64,000 nt of DNA from a virus. The stretch's first letter is position 1; each line of letters begins with the position of its first letter. The translations under genes and the position numbers were made by a program. The notes beneath the pieces are model-generated. The model worked only from the letters and a program-made list of their open reading frames with translations, ran no database searches and was not told the origin of the DNA. The DNA is taken from the IMG/VR virus record IMGVR_UViG_3300015370_000011, positions 1-64,000 of that record; one strand, given 5' to 3'. This document shows, piece by piece, positions 9,058-19,300 of this stretch.

Positions 9058-9696
9058 TTACCTAAAAAAGTGGTTTATCACAGAAATTAGATGTTTGCAT
9101 AGTCCTCTTTGTAGCATTGGATCTCTAATCTGCGGATATCGCATCTCTGGAATTCCTGGATGTAAATACCTCGGTAGGGACTCCTCACCAGAATCATACA
9201 AATCCATAATATAAGCAGATCCCCAATATAAAAACGCGGGACAGTTACAAGTGACTTTCATATCTAGGTTTACTACCTCTGGCATCATAGATTTTAGATC
9301 ATCAAAGGTCATATCTCCAATATCTTTCATACTAAGCGGTTCACCTCTTTCTGTTTCATCCACAACGTATTCTAGTATATCTTCTTCCTTTATTTCTTCT
9401 ATCTCTTCTTTCTGCAGCAGGTCATACACATCATTTTGTCCAAGTATTAAATGACTGAATTTTTCTATGATATCTTCATCATAGATAATATGCTTTTCTA
9501 GAAGTTTTCCCCAGTCTTTGAATCTTATCCTCTGCATCCAAGTGTTTCTGGATGACGCACAATGGGTATTAAATTGCAATGTTCCGTTGTTAATATTAAA
9601 CGCCTGTAGGACAGAGGCGCACTCACCCGATCTGTAATTACTTCCCTGATCGATCATAGACAAAAGCTGCGGGGCAGTCAGAGCGTTTATGATCAA
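9058..9696 (-). CDS. SWIM-type zinc-finger protein
   Basis: VTCNCPAFLYWG...GLCKHL (CxC...CxH). Confidence 0.65.
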   Translation of the reverse strand: MIINALTAPQLLSMIDQGSNYRSGECASVLQAFNINNGTLQFNTHCASSRNTWMQRIRFKDWGKLLEKHIIYDEDIIEKFSHLILGQNDVYDLLQKEEIEEIKEEDILEYVVDETERGEPLSMKDIGDMTFDDLKSMMPEVVNLDMKVTCNCPAFLYWGSAYIMDLYDSGEESLPRYLHPGIPEMRYPQIRDPMLQRGLCKHLISVINHFFR

Positions 9697-10559
9697 ATAA
9701 TTTTCTCCATCTCATTTAGGGCTGTCATTGCTTCCGCCAGTTGTGTTCTTTTTATACCAAGCATTCTATCTCTGTAATCTAAAGCTGCTTTTCTGAATAA
9801 TCTTTGGAAGATTTTATCAGATACGTTAGCCATAGCGCTAGAATCTTTTAACTCCTCTTGAATAGCATACTGAATTTCTCCACAAGTATTAGTTAGAATA
9901 ACACTGGTTTCTCCGATTACGTTATTAATGAAGGCCTCTAATATCTGAGCTACCATAACTTTTGGAGCCCTAAGAGAACTTACGTCTTTAACTTGATCTC
10001 TTGCTTCCTTGTTTAGTTTAGCGAGCCGTTCCAACAGCTCGATAGCGCTTAATCCCTTTATTTCCGTTTTTATATCTTTTTCTCTTATGATTTCATCTAT
10101 AATATTGGTTAATCTTTCTAAATTTTTGGTAAACATAGTCGTCATTTGGACCAGTTTACCGTATGCTTTTTCTATATCTTGGTTTGTTTTGACTGCTAAT
10201 TCTTGTTCCATCGGGTGTAAAATTTCTATAATTTCTGGATATTTTTCGGTGGTCTCTAATGCAACTACCTTACCTCCAACCATATCTCCTACATGCTTTT
10301 TGAAATGTTTTGTCAATTCAGTAAAATCTGGAGATATCTCGTATTTCTCTTTCATATATTCCCGCATCTTGCGGTATGTCATTCCTTGTTCAAATCTTAG
10401 TACGTTTAGTAATTTTAGGTCTGGAGGCGGAAGCTGACATAACCTACACGTCTTTTGTCCGTAGGGGGCGATCTCTATCTGTTCAGGGGACAACTCTGGC
10501 CAGCGTTTACGGTGTTTATTTGATTGCGCAGGGGTACTTATATCTTGTTCTTCATTCAT
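9693..10559 (-). CDS. Zn-binding/HTH plus coiled-coil protein (candidate small terminase-like)
   Basis: CRLC...HFKKH, 'GMTYRKMRE' helix, long helical C-terminus; function is inference only. Confidence 0.35.
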   Translation of the reverse strand: MNEEQDISTPAQSNKHRKRWPELSPEQIEIAPYGQKTCRLCQLPPPDLKLLNVLRFEQGMTYRKMREYMKEKYEISPDFTELTKHFKKHVGDMVGGKVVALETTEKYPEIIEILHPMEQELAVKTNQDIEKAYGKLVQMTTMFTKNLERLTNIIDEIIREKDIKTEIKGLSAIELLERLAKLNKEARDQVKDVSSLRAPKVMVAQILEAFINNVIGETSVILTNTCGEIQYAIQEELKDSSAMANVSDKIFQRLFRKAALDYRDRMLGIKRTQLAEAMTALNEMEKII

Positions 10560-10567
10560 ATTGCACT

Positions 10568-11110
10568 CTAAACATACCGTTCTAAAATCAAATCACTCCA
10601 ACCAGAAGGATCTCTTGGCGCAGAAAACAGGGGGCGATCGATATTTTCAACGTGGTTCATTCTGGGGTTAGGCATTAGCGGATTTTCTATCACAGGCTTA
10701 TTACCAGCGAAACTTTCTAATATTGCCTCTATAAAAGCATGGGATAGAATATGTTTCTTTTGGTTGTAGATGACTATGGAAGGCACATAAAATTTTCCCA
10801 TCTTTATAGGAATTGGAAGTTCCAATCGGATTGTATGCCCATTCAATGCCGTAAACGAGGCAGTAACAGTTATATAGCCCGCAGTATTTTCTACAGGTGT
10901 GTTTATATCTTCAAAACCTTTTATTGATGCGTATCTGACTTGTGGAGTAGACGGTAATTCATACGCTAATAGAACATCATTAGCGAAGTCTACCGCGTTT
11001 TCTCTTATCTCTGCTAATTTATTTAGGCGAGTTATTCCACCAGCCTGTGGGTCAACGACACGCAGGCGGTAGGCTGTTTTTTCAATATGATCTTCAACTT
11101 TTATTCTCAT
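10568..11110 (-). CDS. Hypothetical protein
   Basis: Intact ORF on the operon strand. Confidence 0.55.
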   Translation of the reverse strand: MRIKVEDHIEKTAYRLRVVDPQAGGITRLNKLAEIRENAVDFANDVLLAYELPSTPQVRYASIKGFEDINTPVENTAGYITVTASFTALNGHTIRLELPIPIKMGKFYVPSIVIYNQKKHILSHAFIEAILESFAGNKPVIENPLMPNPRMNHVENIDRPLFSAPRDPSGWSDLILERYV

Positions 11111-11153
11111 TGAAAATACACTAAAAAGATTGTTATGTTAGAGGGTTATAATA

Positions 11154-11711
11154 CTACTCCTCAACATCTACTTTATCTAATAGACCGTCTTTTTCAAATA
11201 CGCGATATGCAATCTGCGGCGACATAGAAAATACAGCCCCGTTGAACGCTTCAGTCATAATATCCATCCAATCATCCCCCCATTCTTTTTGCAACTCCTC
11301 AATGTATTCTTTATCTTCCAAGTATTTATTTTCCATCCTTTCGTATGCTATTTCTAGTGCTGTTTGTGGACCTTCATCAGAGATCCCAACCATAGACATG
11401 GGGGTATACCCCCTAGAATCATGAACTACAGCTATTTGTGCCATATCTTCGTGCATCCACAATGTCCCGCCTACCTCGGACACATACGTTCCTTTCAAAT
11501 ATCTGTATAATCCCAGCGCATCGGATTTCTGTATTTTAGATATTTCATCCCGTATACTGGGATGCCATACTTCATCTACTTCATCCTTTTCACCAAACCA
11601 CTCTGACCAAACCCAATCCCTAAATTTTTTTTCCTCTTCTGTATCTAATTGTCTGAAAAAGGAATCGGGAAGGCCGGTTTGGGCAAATTGTTTAAGTGCT
11701 TGTTTCAACAC
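11154..11711 (-). CDS. Acidic hypothetical protein with MLKQALKQFAQ leader
   Basis: AAGGAGG SD before GTG at 11711 supports this start over the track start 11777. Confidence 0.6.
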   Translation of the reverse strand: MLKQALKQFAQTGLPDSFFRQLDTEEEKKFRDWVWSEWFGEKDEVDEVWHPSIRDEISKIQKSDALGLYRYLKGTYVSEVGGTLWMHEDMAQIAVVHDSRGYTPMSMVGISDEGPQTALEIAYERMENKYLEDKEYIEELQKEWGDDWMDIMTEAFNGAVFSMSPQIAYRVFEKDGLLDKVDVEE

Positions 11712-11724
11712 AGGTATACCCTCC

Positions 11725-12303
11725 TTATAGGGCTTGTTCCACACTGAACCCGTATACGGACACAATACCATCTTCATCTGCTAGTGCTGAATCATCTGGG
11801 ATCATATCAAAAACGTCCCATCCGCCAGAGAAGCCATCTTCAATTGCTACACCTGTAAAACTTGGGTATGATAGGCCATGTCCGGGTGGGCTGGAGTGCT
11901 TTTCAATTCTTAACCCATCTCCTGCTTTCCAAAATACTTTGTCACCTTCCCACGGATTCTCATCGGAAAAATGTAAATCACCTAGATCCATGGGATTGGC
12001 ACACATCTTTGTAGAAAGGTGTTTTTTAGTACTCTGATTTCCCATTGAGTTAATAAGGGACATCAGATCTTCTACTGGTGTAAAAGATTCTGCAAATAAG
12101 CGTAAAGCATCAGAGGAGACGGATATACGCATTGGATCTTCTCGATATTTTGTACTCGCCTCATTTCCAAGATCCGTTAAAAATGTTTCTAATTTTTTGC
12201 ATTCTTTATTTATTTTCTCTATATATGCAGCCATACCCTCGCCAAGGGTATGCGGCTCAGATACATTTTGCGCTTTTAGTACATTTAGTGCTTTTTTTAG
12301 CAT
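11725..12303 (-). CDS. Hypothetical protein with MLKKALNVLKAQ leader
   Basis: GAGGAG upstream; leader shared with neighbours. Confidence 0.6.
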   Translation of the reverse strand: MLKKALNVLKAQNVSEPHTLGEGMAAYIEKINKECKKLETFLTDLGNEASTKYREDPMRISVSSDALRLFAESFTPVEDLMSLINSMGNQSTKKHLSTKMCANPMDLGDLHFSDENPWEGDKVFWKAGDGLRIEKHSSPPGHGLSYPSFTGVAIEDGFSGGWDVFDMIPDDSALADEDGIVSVYGFSVEQAL

Positions 12304-12309
12304 TTTGAT

Positions 12310-12999
12310 CTACTCCTCAACATCCAGCATTACCGCCCTAGCTGTTGCGGCCCAATCAATGCTGTCAATATCATTCTGATCAAAACGGGCATTTGATAAC
12401 ATAGGTTCAGTGGTGAATGTATCCTCTAGCCATTCTGCTATTTCAAACTCTGTCCCCCCTCCGGATACGATAGAGCGGGCAGTTGTGTATAATCCTTCGT
12501 CATTTAGTACCCAGCGCTCTACCTCTTCCTGAGCCCAATTATCTTGTTCAAATTGAGCTACCTTCGTAATATCGCCCTTTGAATATGTTTTCATCTGAAA
12601 CGGATTCAGAACAACCAGATATTCTTTAGTATCTGGAATATAATCTATAACTGTTCCATACTTGCCAGACTTATTACATCTGACACTATCTCCGATATCA
12701 AATGGAATATTTCCAGCAGCATGCAGCATACGAACATCTTCTACATGGTCCTGGTAAGTTGTTGCGCCCTTCCTAATGCGATTTAGTTTACCACCCTTAT
12801 GTAGAGACAGAAGATTCTTAAGCCATTGCGTGGATTTTTTATCCCCAGAATATTGACAAATCTTTATATATTCATTTATATCTGCAATGGTTAAGAATCC
12901 AGATTGATCTTTTTCCAAACGTTTGACAGCAATCGTCTTTAGCCTTGCACTTTGATTTGCTGTCAAACTATTGAATTCAACGTTGGATAGAACACTCAT
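12310..12999 (-). CDS. Hypothetical protein (SH3/KOW-like segment plus acidic module after KVAQ)
   Basis: FDIGDSVRC...GKYGTVI is KOW/SH3-like; the C-terminal module WVLNDEGLY...IDW follows TKVAQ. Confidence 0.55.
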   Translation of the reverse strand: MSVLSNVEFNSLTANQSARLKTIAVKRLEKDQSGFLTIADINEYIKICQYSGDKKSTQWLKNLLSLHKGGKLNRIRKGATTYQDHVEDVRMLHAAGNIPFDIGDSVRCNKSGKYGTVIDYIPDTKEYLVVLNPFQMKTYSKGDITKVAQFEQDNWAQEEVERWVLNDEGLYTTARSIVSGGGTEFEIAEWLEDTFTTEPMLSNARFDQNDIDSIDWAATARAVMLDVEE

Positions 13000-14178
13000 C
13001 TACGCCTCCTGCCCAGACCAGTCCTTGAATTCTATATCTTCTAAATCGTCTAGTGTGTACATCTGTAACACTTCCGCATCGGTCTGTGCAAAATCCATTT
13101 GTTCTTCTGTATAATTTTCAAAATATTCAGCATCCGTATCTCCTGGACGCAGTGTCAAAAACCCGAGTAGAGATTTTACTGTTTCATCTGCATCGTCTGC
13201 GTGCATAGGGGATCCTGCAAAATCTTCTCCACTAAATAGTGTATTTCCGGCTCTATCATAGAACTCGTAGCCTATATAGGATTGTCCTCTTTTATCAGTT
13301 CTTCCTGTATCCCACATTACCAGTCTAAAGCCATCGATATCCACATCTCGTAGAATATCCATCTCCTGAGCGCGTACCCGCAACCCGGGACTAGCAGAAA
13401 CCCTTAAGCTTGCTGTTGGGGGCGCAGGTGCGGCCGTAGTCATATCAGGCGGGACCATTGGACCTGTAACCGGCATTTGAGGAGCTGATTCCAGTTCACT
13501 ACCGCCCAAAAGCGTATCTAAAAGATCCTCTTTATGTTCATCAATAACTTGCTTTACTCCGGATCGTATGGAATCAGCCAGGGTTTTCGTAACCTCTTCT
13601 GCCGCCTTTTCTATAAAAGCATTTGCTTGTTCCGGTGTTGCAGGGATACCAAGGTTTGATGCCCTTCGGGCAGTTTCGATTTGAATCCATTTCTTTGCAT
13701 CATTACTTAGGAGGTTTGGAAAAGTTTCAGCTATTTTTTCTACTTCTGAAACCAGAATCCTAGAAGCAGCCTTTCCAGTAAGAACTACCATATCCTCGTC
13801 TATTGCGGTAGTCATTGCAGCATTTACTATATCTTGTGGTATTTTGTTAGCTTCAGCTTCTTCTAATATTTCTTGTACCGTTCCAGACATTCGATACTTC
13901 TCTTCTGGGCCTCTAACAAATACAGAGAGATTCATGTCCGGTTCAGCTCGATTAACGTAAGCGACCGCTCTAAAACCTTTCTTTTCTTTTTTCACTTCTT
14001 CTTGTTTCTTTGAGGGGGACATTTTATTATACCAAATGTCACCGACTGTTGCGCGCGCCTGTTCTTCCGTGTATTTAGGATTTCCCTCTTTTACTTCTTT
14101 ATACATTTTATCCCACCACTCTTTAGAAGGACGCCCCGGAGCAGCCTTTTCAAATGATGCCTTTAGAGATCTTGGCAT
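13000..14178 (-). CDS. Modular hypothetical protein, possibly an internal head protein
   Basis: AAGGAG SD; Pro-rich linker, then LRVRAQ, then an acidic domain. Confidence 0.55.
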   Translation of the reverse strand: MPRSLKASFEKAAPGRPSKEWWDKMYKEVKEGNPKYTEEQARATVGDIWYNKMSPSKKQEEVKKEKKGFRAVAYVNRAEPDMNLSVFVRGPEEKYRMSGTVQEILEEAEANKIPQDIVNAAMTTAIDEDMVVLTGKAASRILVSEVEKIAETFPNLLSNDAKKWIQIETARRASNLGIPATPEQANAFIEKAAEEVTKTLADSIRSGVKQVIDEHKEDLLDTLLGGSELESAPQMPVTGPMVPPDMTTAAPAPPTASLRVSASPGLRVRAQEMDILRDVDIDGFRLVMWDTGRTDKRGQSYIGYEFYDRAGNTLFSGEDFAGSPMHADDADETVKSLLGFLTLRPGDTDAEYFENYTEEQMDFAQTDAEVLQMYTLDDLEDIEFKDWSGQEA

Positions 14179-14269
14179 TGAACTTCTCCTTTATCCAGTA
14201 GCTAACATACAATTTTTTATATTCTTAGAACGTAAATAATGCATTCTACATAAATTTTTGGCTACACTT

Positions 14270-15043
14270 TTACTGGTCACGCTTTTTCTTGCCTCGCGTA
14301 GTGTAGTCTTGTAGAAGAGCGCGCGCTAGATCTTTGTCACCATACGCTTGCGCGAAGTATTCCTCTAACATCTTCTTTTCTTTATTAACATTGTATGGAA
14401 TTAGATCGCCAGCGGCTACCAATTTCTTTTGGTTACCTATGGTGACAATCGCATTACCAACTTCGTCAAACCGCTGGATTCTTCCAGGACCGTAGGGGGT
14501 ATTTACAATATCGCCAGCTCTGAACTGATTTTCATCATCAGCGGTAACCTCTAGATCGTCCATATTACGATACAACATCAATCCTTCTTGCCCCTTGGAT
14601 AGCGTCCAAATCTCATGAACAGATCCAGATGAATCAGCAGCTCTCTTATACAGACCGGATCCAATCGGCTTGAACTCTGGAGGTATCTTATCCAGGCTCG
14701 CTACTGGAATCACTTCTCTGGACGGTTCAAGTTGAAGTAGTACAATTCCCATATCTGTGTCTACATCAGCCAAATCCCAGTTAATCTCATGGTCCGGGTA
14801 ATACTGCGCTACCACAGCCATTAGATCTTGTTCCTCCGGGTATCCTAGAACAGGATCAAACTTTATAGAAGCCGAAAAACTTCCCTGTGTGCATTTGGCT
14901 TTTGTAGATATAGCCAGATCTGCACGATGCCCACGACTAGCCAAAAAAGTACGAATTCCACTTAGCACATGTTGTGCAGCCTCATTCTGATCGCGGTTTA
15001 CTCTGTGGCTAATCATTTGGAGTCTCTTTAGCAACTTACTCAT
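14270..15043 (-). CDS. Hypothetical protein (C-terminal KOW/SH3-like motif)
   Basis: GAGGAG SD before ATG 15043 (MSKLLKRL); FRAGDIVNTPYGPGRI. Confidence 0.55.
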   Translation of the reverse strand: MSKLLKRLQMISHRVNRDQNEAAQHVLSGIRTFLASRGHRADLAISTKAKCTQGSFSASIKFDPVLGYPEEQDLMAVVAQYYPDHEINWDLADVDTDMGIVLLQLEPSREVIPVASLDKIPPEFKPIGSGLYKRAADSSGSVHEIWTLSKGQEGLMLYRNMDDLEVTADDENQFRAGDIVNTPYGPGRIQRFDEVGNAIVTIGNQKKLVAAGDLIPYNVNKEKKMLEEYFAQAYGDKDLARALLQDYTTRGKKKRDQ

Positions 15044-15053
15044 TTCTATCTCC

Positions 15054-15554
15054 TCACAGTTTTTGGGACCATTCAGAAAACTGTATTTCGTCTTCGAATG
15101 TGTTCTCTCTTGGAAAGTGTTCATCTATGCCTAGCGGGTCTATTATGCTGAAGTTGAAAGCTACCAAATGATCTGTCAACGGTATGAAGTCTTGCCCTTC
15201 CATATCTGTATACTGACTAATCTTATTCATTACTTCTTTGATCTCTGTTTTTGGTATTTTGAAAATGTAAGAATTATCTTCAAGTATGTACTCTTCTGGT
15301 TGAGATAATTCTACCCCAAATAGTTCTTCAAACAGTTCTTTAGCGAACGCACGCTCTTCGACTTCAGATTCATCAGTAGGATGCACCGCTAAAGGATCTA
15401 TGCCCTCGTCATAATCTAAAGTAAAAGATACAATATAAGGATTATCTATAGTTTCTTCTGCTTCTTCTGTATCTTCGAACTTATACCAATTTTCTTCTTC
15501 TGTTTTTATTTCGTCTTCGAGTATCTGTGCTATCCGCATGCCATATTCCTTCAT
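15054..15554 (-). CDS. Very acidic hypothetical protein (MRIAQ leader)
   Basis: ATGA overlap with the upstream gene; Glu/Asp-rich. Confidence 0.55.
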   Translation of the reverse strand: MKEYGMRIAQILEDEIKTEEENWYKFEDTEEAEETIDNPYIVSFTLDYDEGIDPLAVHPTDESEVEERAFAKELFEELFGVELSQPEEYILEDNSYIFKIPKTEIKEVMNKISQYTDMEGQDFIPLTDHLVAFNFSIIDPLGIDEHFPRENTFEDEIQFSEWSQKL

Positions 15555-16000
15555 TTTCTTTTTTTAATCTTATTTGAATATGTTTCCTTACGTTTACCTG
15601 TTGTATACCTAGCCATAAATTCCAAATGTCCTGGGCCACAGTACTTATCAATTATCGTGTAGAAATATGGAATTGATACTCCTAATGCTTCACATTGCGC
15701 CTTTATATTGCCATACCTTCTCGTTGTTTCCTTCAGTATGTCAACTATATCTAACCCGAATTCAAATTCTAGACTTATAATCTTCCTTGGTTTTTTTCTA
15801 AAACACTCGCGACAGTCCCAAAGATACGGGCGCGTTTTCCTCTGGATGCTCACATTCTCTATCGGTTTTCCGCATACCACGCATTTAGGTATGTCTCGCC
15901 CTTCTTTTATCCAACCGCTTAAAAGAATGTTCTCATTCTGCAGTCTTTGTATTTCAGTCTGTACGTGGTTCTCAACAAGATCATTATCCTTACATACCAT
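15551..16000 (-). CDS. Zinc-ribbon plus HTH putative transcriptional regulator
   Basis: CVVCG...CRECF, then QCEALGVSIPYFY (HTH-like); GGAGG SD. Confidence 0.6.
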   Translation of the reverse strand: MVCKDNDLVENHVQTEIQRLQNENILLSGWIKEGRDIPKCVVCGKPIENVSIQRKTRPYLWDCRECFRKKPRKIISLEFEFGLDIVDILKETTRRYGNIKAQCEALGVSIPYFYTIIDKYCGPGHLEFMARYTTGKRKETYSNKIKKRK

Positions 16001-16017
16001 AGATCTGCCTCCGAAAG

Positions 16018-16064
16018 TTTAACTCTCGGTTTGATTATACTACAAAATAAAACCGAGAGTTAAA
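16018..16064. promoter_or_regulatory. 15-bp perfect inverted repeat enclosing a minus-strand -10 element
   Basis: TTTAACTCTCGGTTT (16018-16032) / AAACCGAGAGTTAAA (16050-16064); the 17-nt loop reads TATTTTGTAGTATAATC on the minus strand. Confidence 0.7.
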
Positions 16065-16344
16065 TTTCTTCTTGGAGTTCGTTTGTGAGAAGCGTGCGGG
16101 AGGTTTTTCTGGCTTTGATGATTGCTTGTTGTTCTATTTCTATTGCATCTTGAAGAGATATGCCTTCTAGCTTAGCTATCTCCTCAAAAGAGAAAGACAA
16201 CCCTGGGCGCGTAGCAAGAAAGTCCGATAAGATCCAGAAACAATTATTATAGTTTTGATCACGGACAAACCAATCACAAGCCGAGCAATCACATGGAATT
16301 GTCGGGGGTTTCTGATTTCTTAATGCACAATTGGTTATAAACAC
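16060..16344 (-). CDS. Small Cys-rich protein with sigma-70 region 4-like HTH
   Basis: C...CDCSAC...NC, then FSFEEIAKLEGISLQDAIEIEQQAIIK. Confidence 0.55.
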   Translation of the reverse strand: MFITNCALRNQKPPTIPCDCSACDWFVRDQNYNNCFWILSDFLATRPGLSFSFEEIAKLEGISLQDAIEIEQQAIIKARKTSRTLLTNELQEEI

Positions 16345-19300
16345 CTAACCACACTGACTATACCCACAAGAGATGCAAACGGGGCATGTATCACTGGTAT
16401 ACACGACTTCTCCGCATTCTGGGCATAGATCTCCAGTTTGTTTTTTTACATTTCCCTGTTGTGTATAAATACTCTGAACTTCTGGATTATTTTCTAGGTA
16501 CTGACTAAACCCTTCTAAATTATTTTTAAATTCTTGCATAACCTTTGCTACAGCATCGGGTACGGACTTTACCAGATTTCCATTATCAAAGATTGGATTG
16601 GATTTGTGATCAATTAGGTGATCAATGATAGTATTTACTGGCATACGATATTTCAATGAATTGGATATCAATCTTCCTTCCGCTTCGATGTGTGTTTGAA
16701 TTTCGGATCCCGCTTTACTTATGTGAATGAATACTTCTCTAATCCCATCTCGATCTTCATTTACGGTAATGTACGCTTTTCCACCCGGAGTGTTTATTCG
16801 GTACGTTGCACCATAGAGAATCCTTGGACGATCTCTCTTTTTTTTGTCTTCTAATATTATCGGTTCTTCTTTTTTACTCAAAACCTCTGTTTTTCTACTT
16901 CCTGATCTATAAACAGTAATGGATTTACACATACTATCATACGCTAGTCTATAAATTTTGTCAATATCGTGTTCTGTCGCATGATTCGGCACGTTACACG
17001 TTTTAGAGATCGAGCTATCTATATGCCGCTGTACAGTACCCTGTACTTTTACGTGCTCTTCCGGTAATATTTCCATAGCAGTTTTGGCAAAATTGGGCAA
17101 TTTATCCTTGTATAAATCCAGCATAAAATGTCGCATAGTAGCTTTTCCATAACTATCATTTCTCTCATATTCCCATTCGAAATTGGGTTCAATTCCAGAA
17201 GAGCAGCCACAGAAAAGAGAAACGGTTCCAGTCGGTTGTACAGTCAGGAGCCCTGAGTTTCTTTTCATTATTCCAATTTGTGCTAATTCAGGAGGGATGC
17301 CCCGTATTTTTGCTAGATCCTTTGAGGCTTCTTCCGCATACGCACGCATTTTACCATACAGCATATCTATGATCTCGATACTTTCTGCATCACCATACGA
17401 TATTCCCAGTTTTAATAATAGGTCGTGTAACCCCATAGATCCTAAACCAATTTTTCTACCTCTTAGGGATGCGTGCTCAATCTCCGGTAAAGGAAACGTA
17501 TTTACATCTATCGCGTTATCCAAGAATCGCACACCGAGGGTTACTAACCTCTTTAGCTTTTCAAAATCTATCTTATGATCTTTTACTAGGTTACTCAGGT
17601 TGATTGCGCCAAGAATACAAGACTCATATGATAATAATGGTAATTCCCCGCAATTGGATAGAATTACCCCCTGACATAGATTATAGTGCGGCGGCTGATG
17701 CATTTGATAATCCCAAACTTCCTGCTCTCCTAGGGATTCTTGCTTTATTATTGTGAGTTTTGTAGTGTATTCACGCCCGGTATCTCGTATATTGTCCATT
17801 TTATGCTTATGTAAAAACCCGCCTATATTATCTCTGAAGAATTTCATATTGCTACCAGCAATCTGCAAATTATAACTTTGTTTACTAGTATACGTTCCGT
17901 TTTTCCATATGGTTTTATTTTTTTTGTTGGGGCAGATCCAAGCGGGAACGCCGAAGGAAGAAAGTAATATTTGTACTATTTTTATAGTTTCAATGTTTGT
18001 ACTTTTTAAACTACCCATTCCTATCTTGCTGCAAGATCCATTTGCTGACCAAAGGCCGACTAAAAAGGATGCAACTACATTGGTATTCCCAAATATGATC
18101 TGGTTTGGTATGTTACGCGAGTATACGGGATGATCTAAAAACTCTAAATTAAAATCCAAGTCAAGTTCCAGATTCATCCTATTTCTATAAAACCCCCCAG
18201 ATTTTTGTTTTTTAAATCCAAACTCTCTCAATAATTTTGCTACTTCTTGTTCTTTATTTTCATTGATTTTTACACCTACTCCATGACCACATCCACACCT
18301 AAACCCATCCCCAAATAGGAATCCGAGTAGTATATGTTTTCTATCCAACAGCGCATATTTTCTATTTCCTAATCCCCACTTTATATTTTTTCCTATGCTA
18401 TCTTTGATTGGAACCAGTTTTTCATTTTCCAACATAATTTTGTGGTCTTGTGTGCATCTAATTTCTAATCCGTTGGTACAGGTATACTTAAATACTTCTT
18501 TTATACCCGTCCTCCACGATTTCCATGTTTTCCCCGCTTCGTGTATTTCTCGCAGCCTATTATCATCTAATAAAATAGCATCTTTTGGTTGACATGGATT
18601 TACTCCCAACCGCCCAAATTTTCCCTTGAATATATCCCCATTCTGAATATGATCATCAAATAGTATTCCTGGTTCTCCGTTTGACCACGCATGATTAATA
18701 ATTAGTTTCCAGATTTCTTTTGCTGTATAATACATCTCGTTCGATATTTTGTCATACACTTTTCCAGATTTTCCTACTTCTATCGGTTCTCCAGTTTCTT
18801 TAGCTATATAATATATTTTATCTTTCCATGTACATTCCCACGCAGCCGTGCTATCTAATGCTCCCAGTGATCGCATAAAAGTGTTAGATAGGAGCACAGA
18901 TATATTAAAATTGGATAGTTTTCCCTCTACGGATTTGCATTGTATAAATTTTACAATATCCGGATGGTCCACGCGCAGTGCCGCCAATAGGGCAGATCTG
19001 CGAAAACCACCCTGTACTACGGTATTTCCTGTTTCATTAAATACATTTAAAAAGCTAATTGGGCCACTACTCTTACCGTTTGTACTTCTTACCGGTGTTC
19101 CCTGTGGTCTGAGATTGGACATGTCTAACCCAACACCGCCGCCGAGCTTTGATATCCAAGCTACATCTTTTACCCTTGAAAAGATATCTAATAAGGAATC
19201 CTCTACCTGCAAAAAGAAACAACTAGCCAGCATTCCCATATGTCCCGGCTTTCCAGCGTTCATCAGTAGAGGTGTTGCTGGCATAAAATCTAGATCTGAT

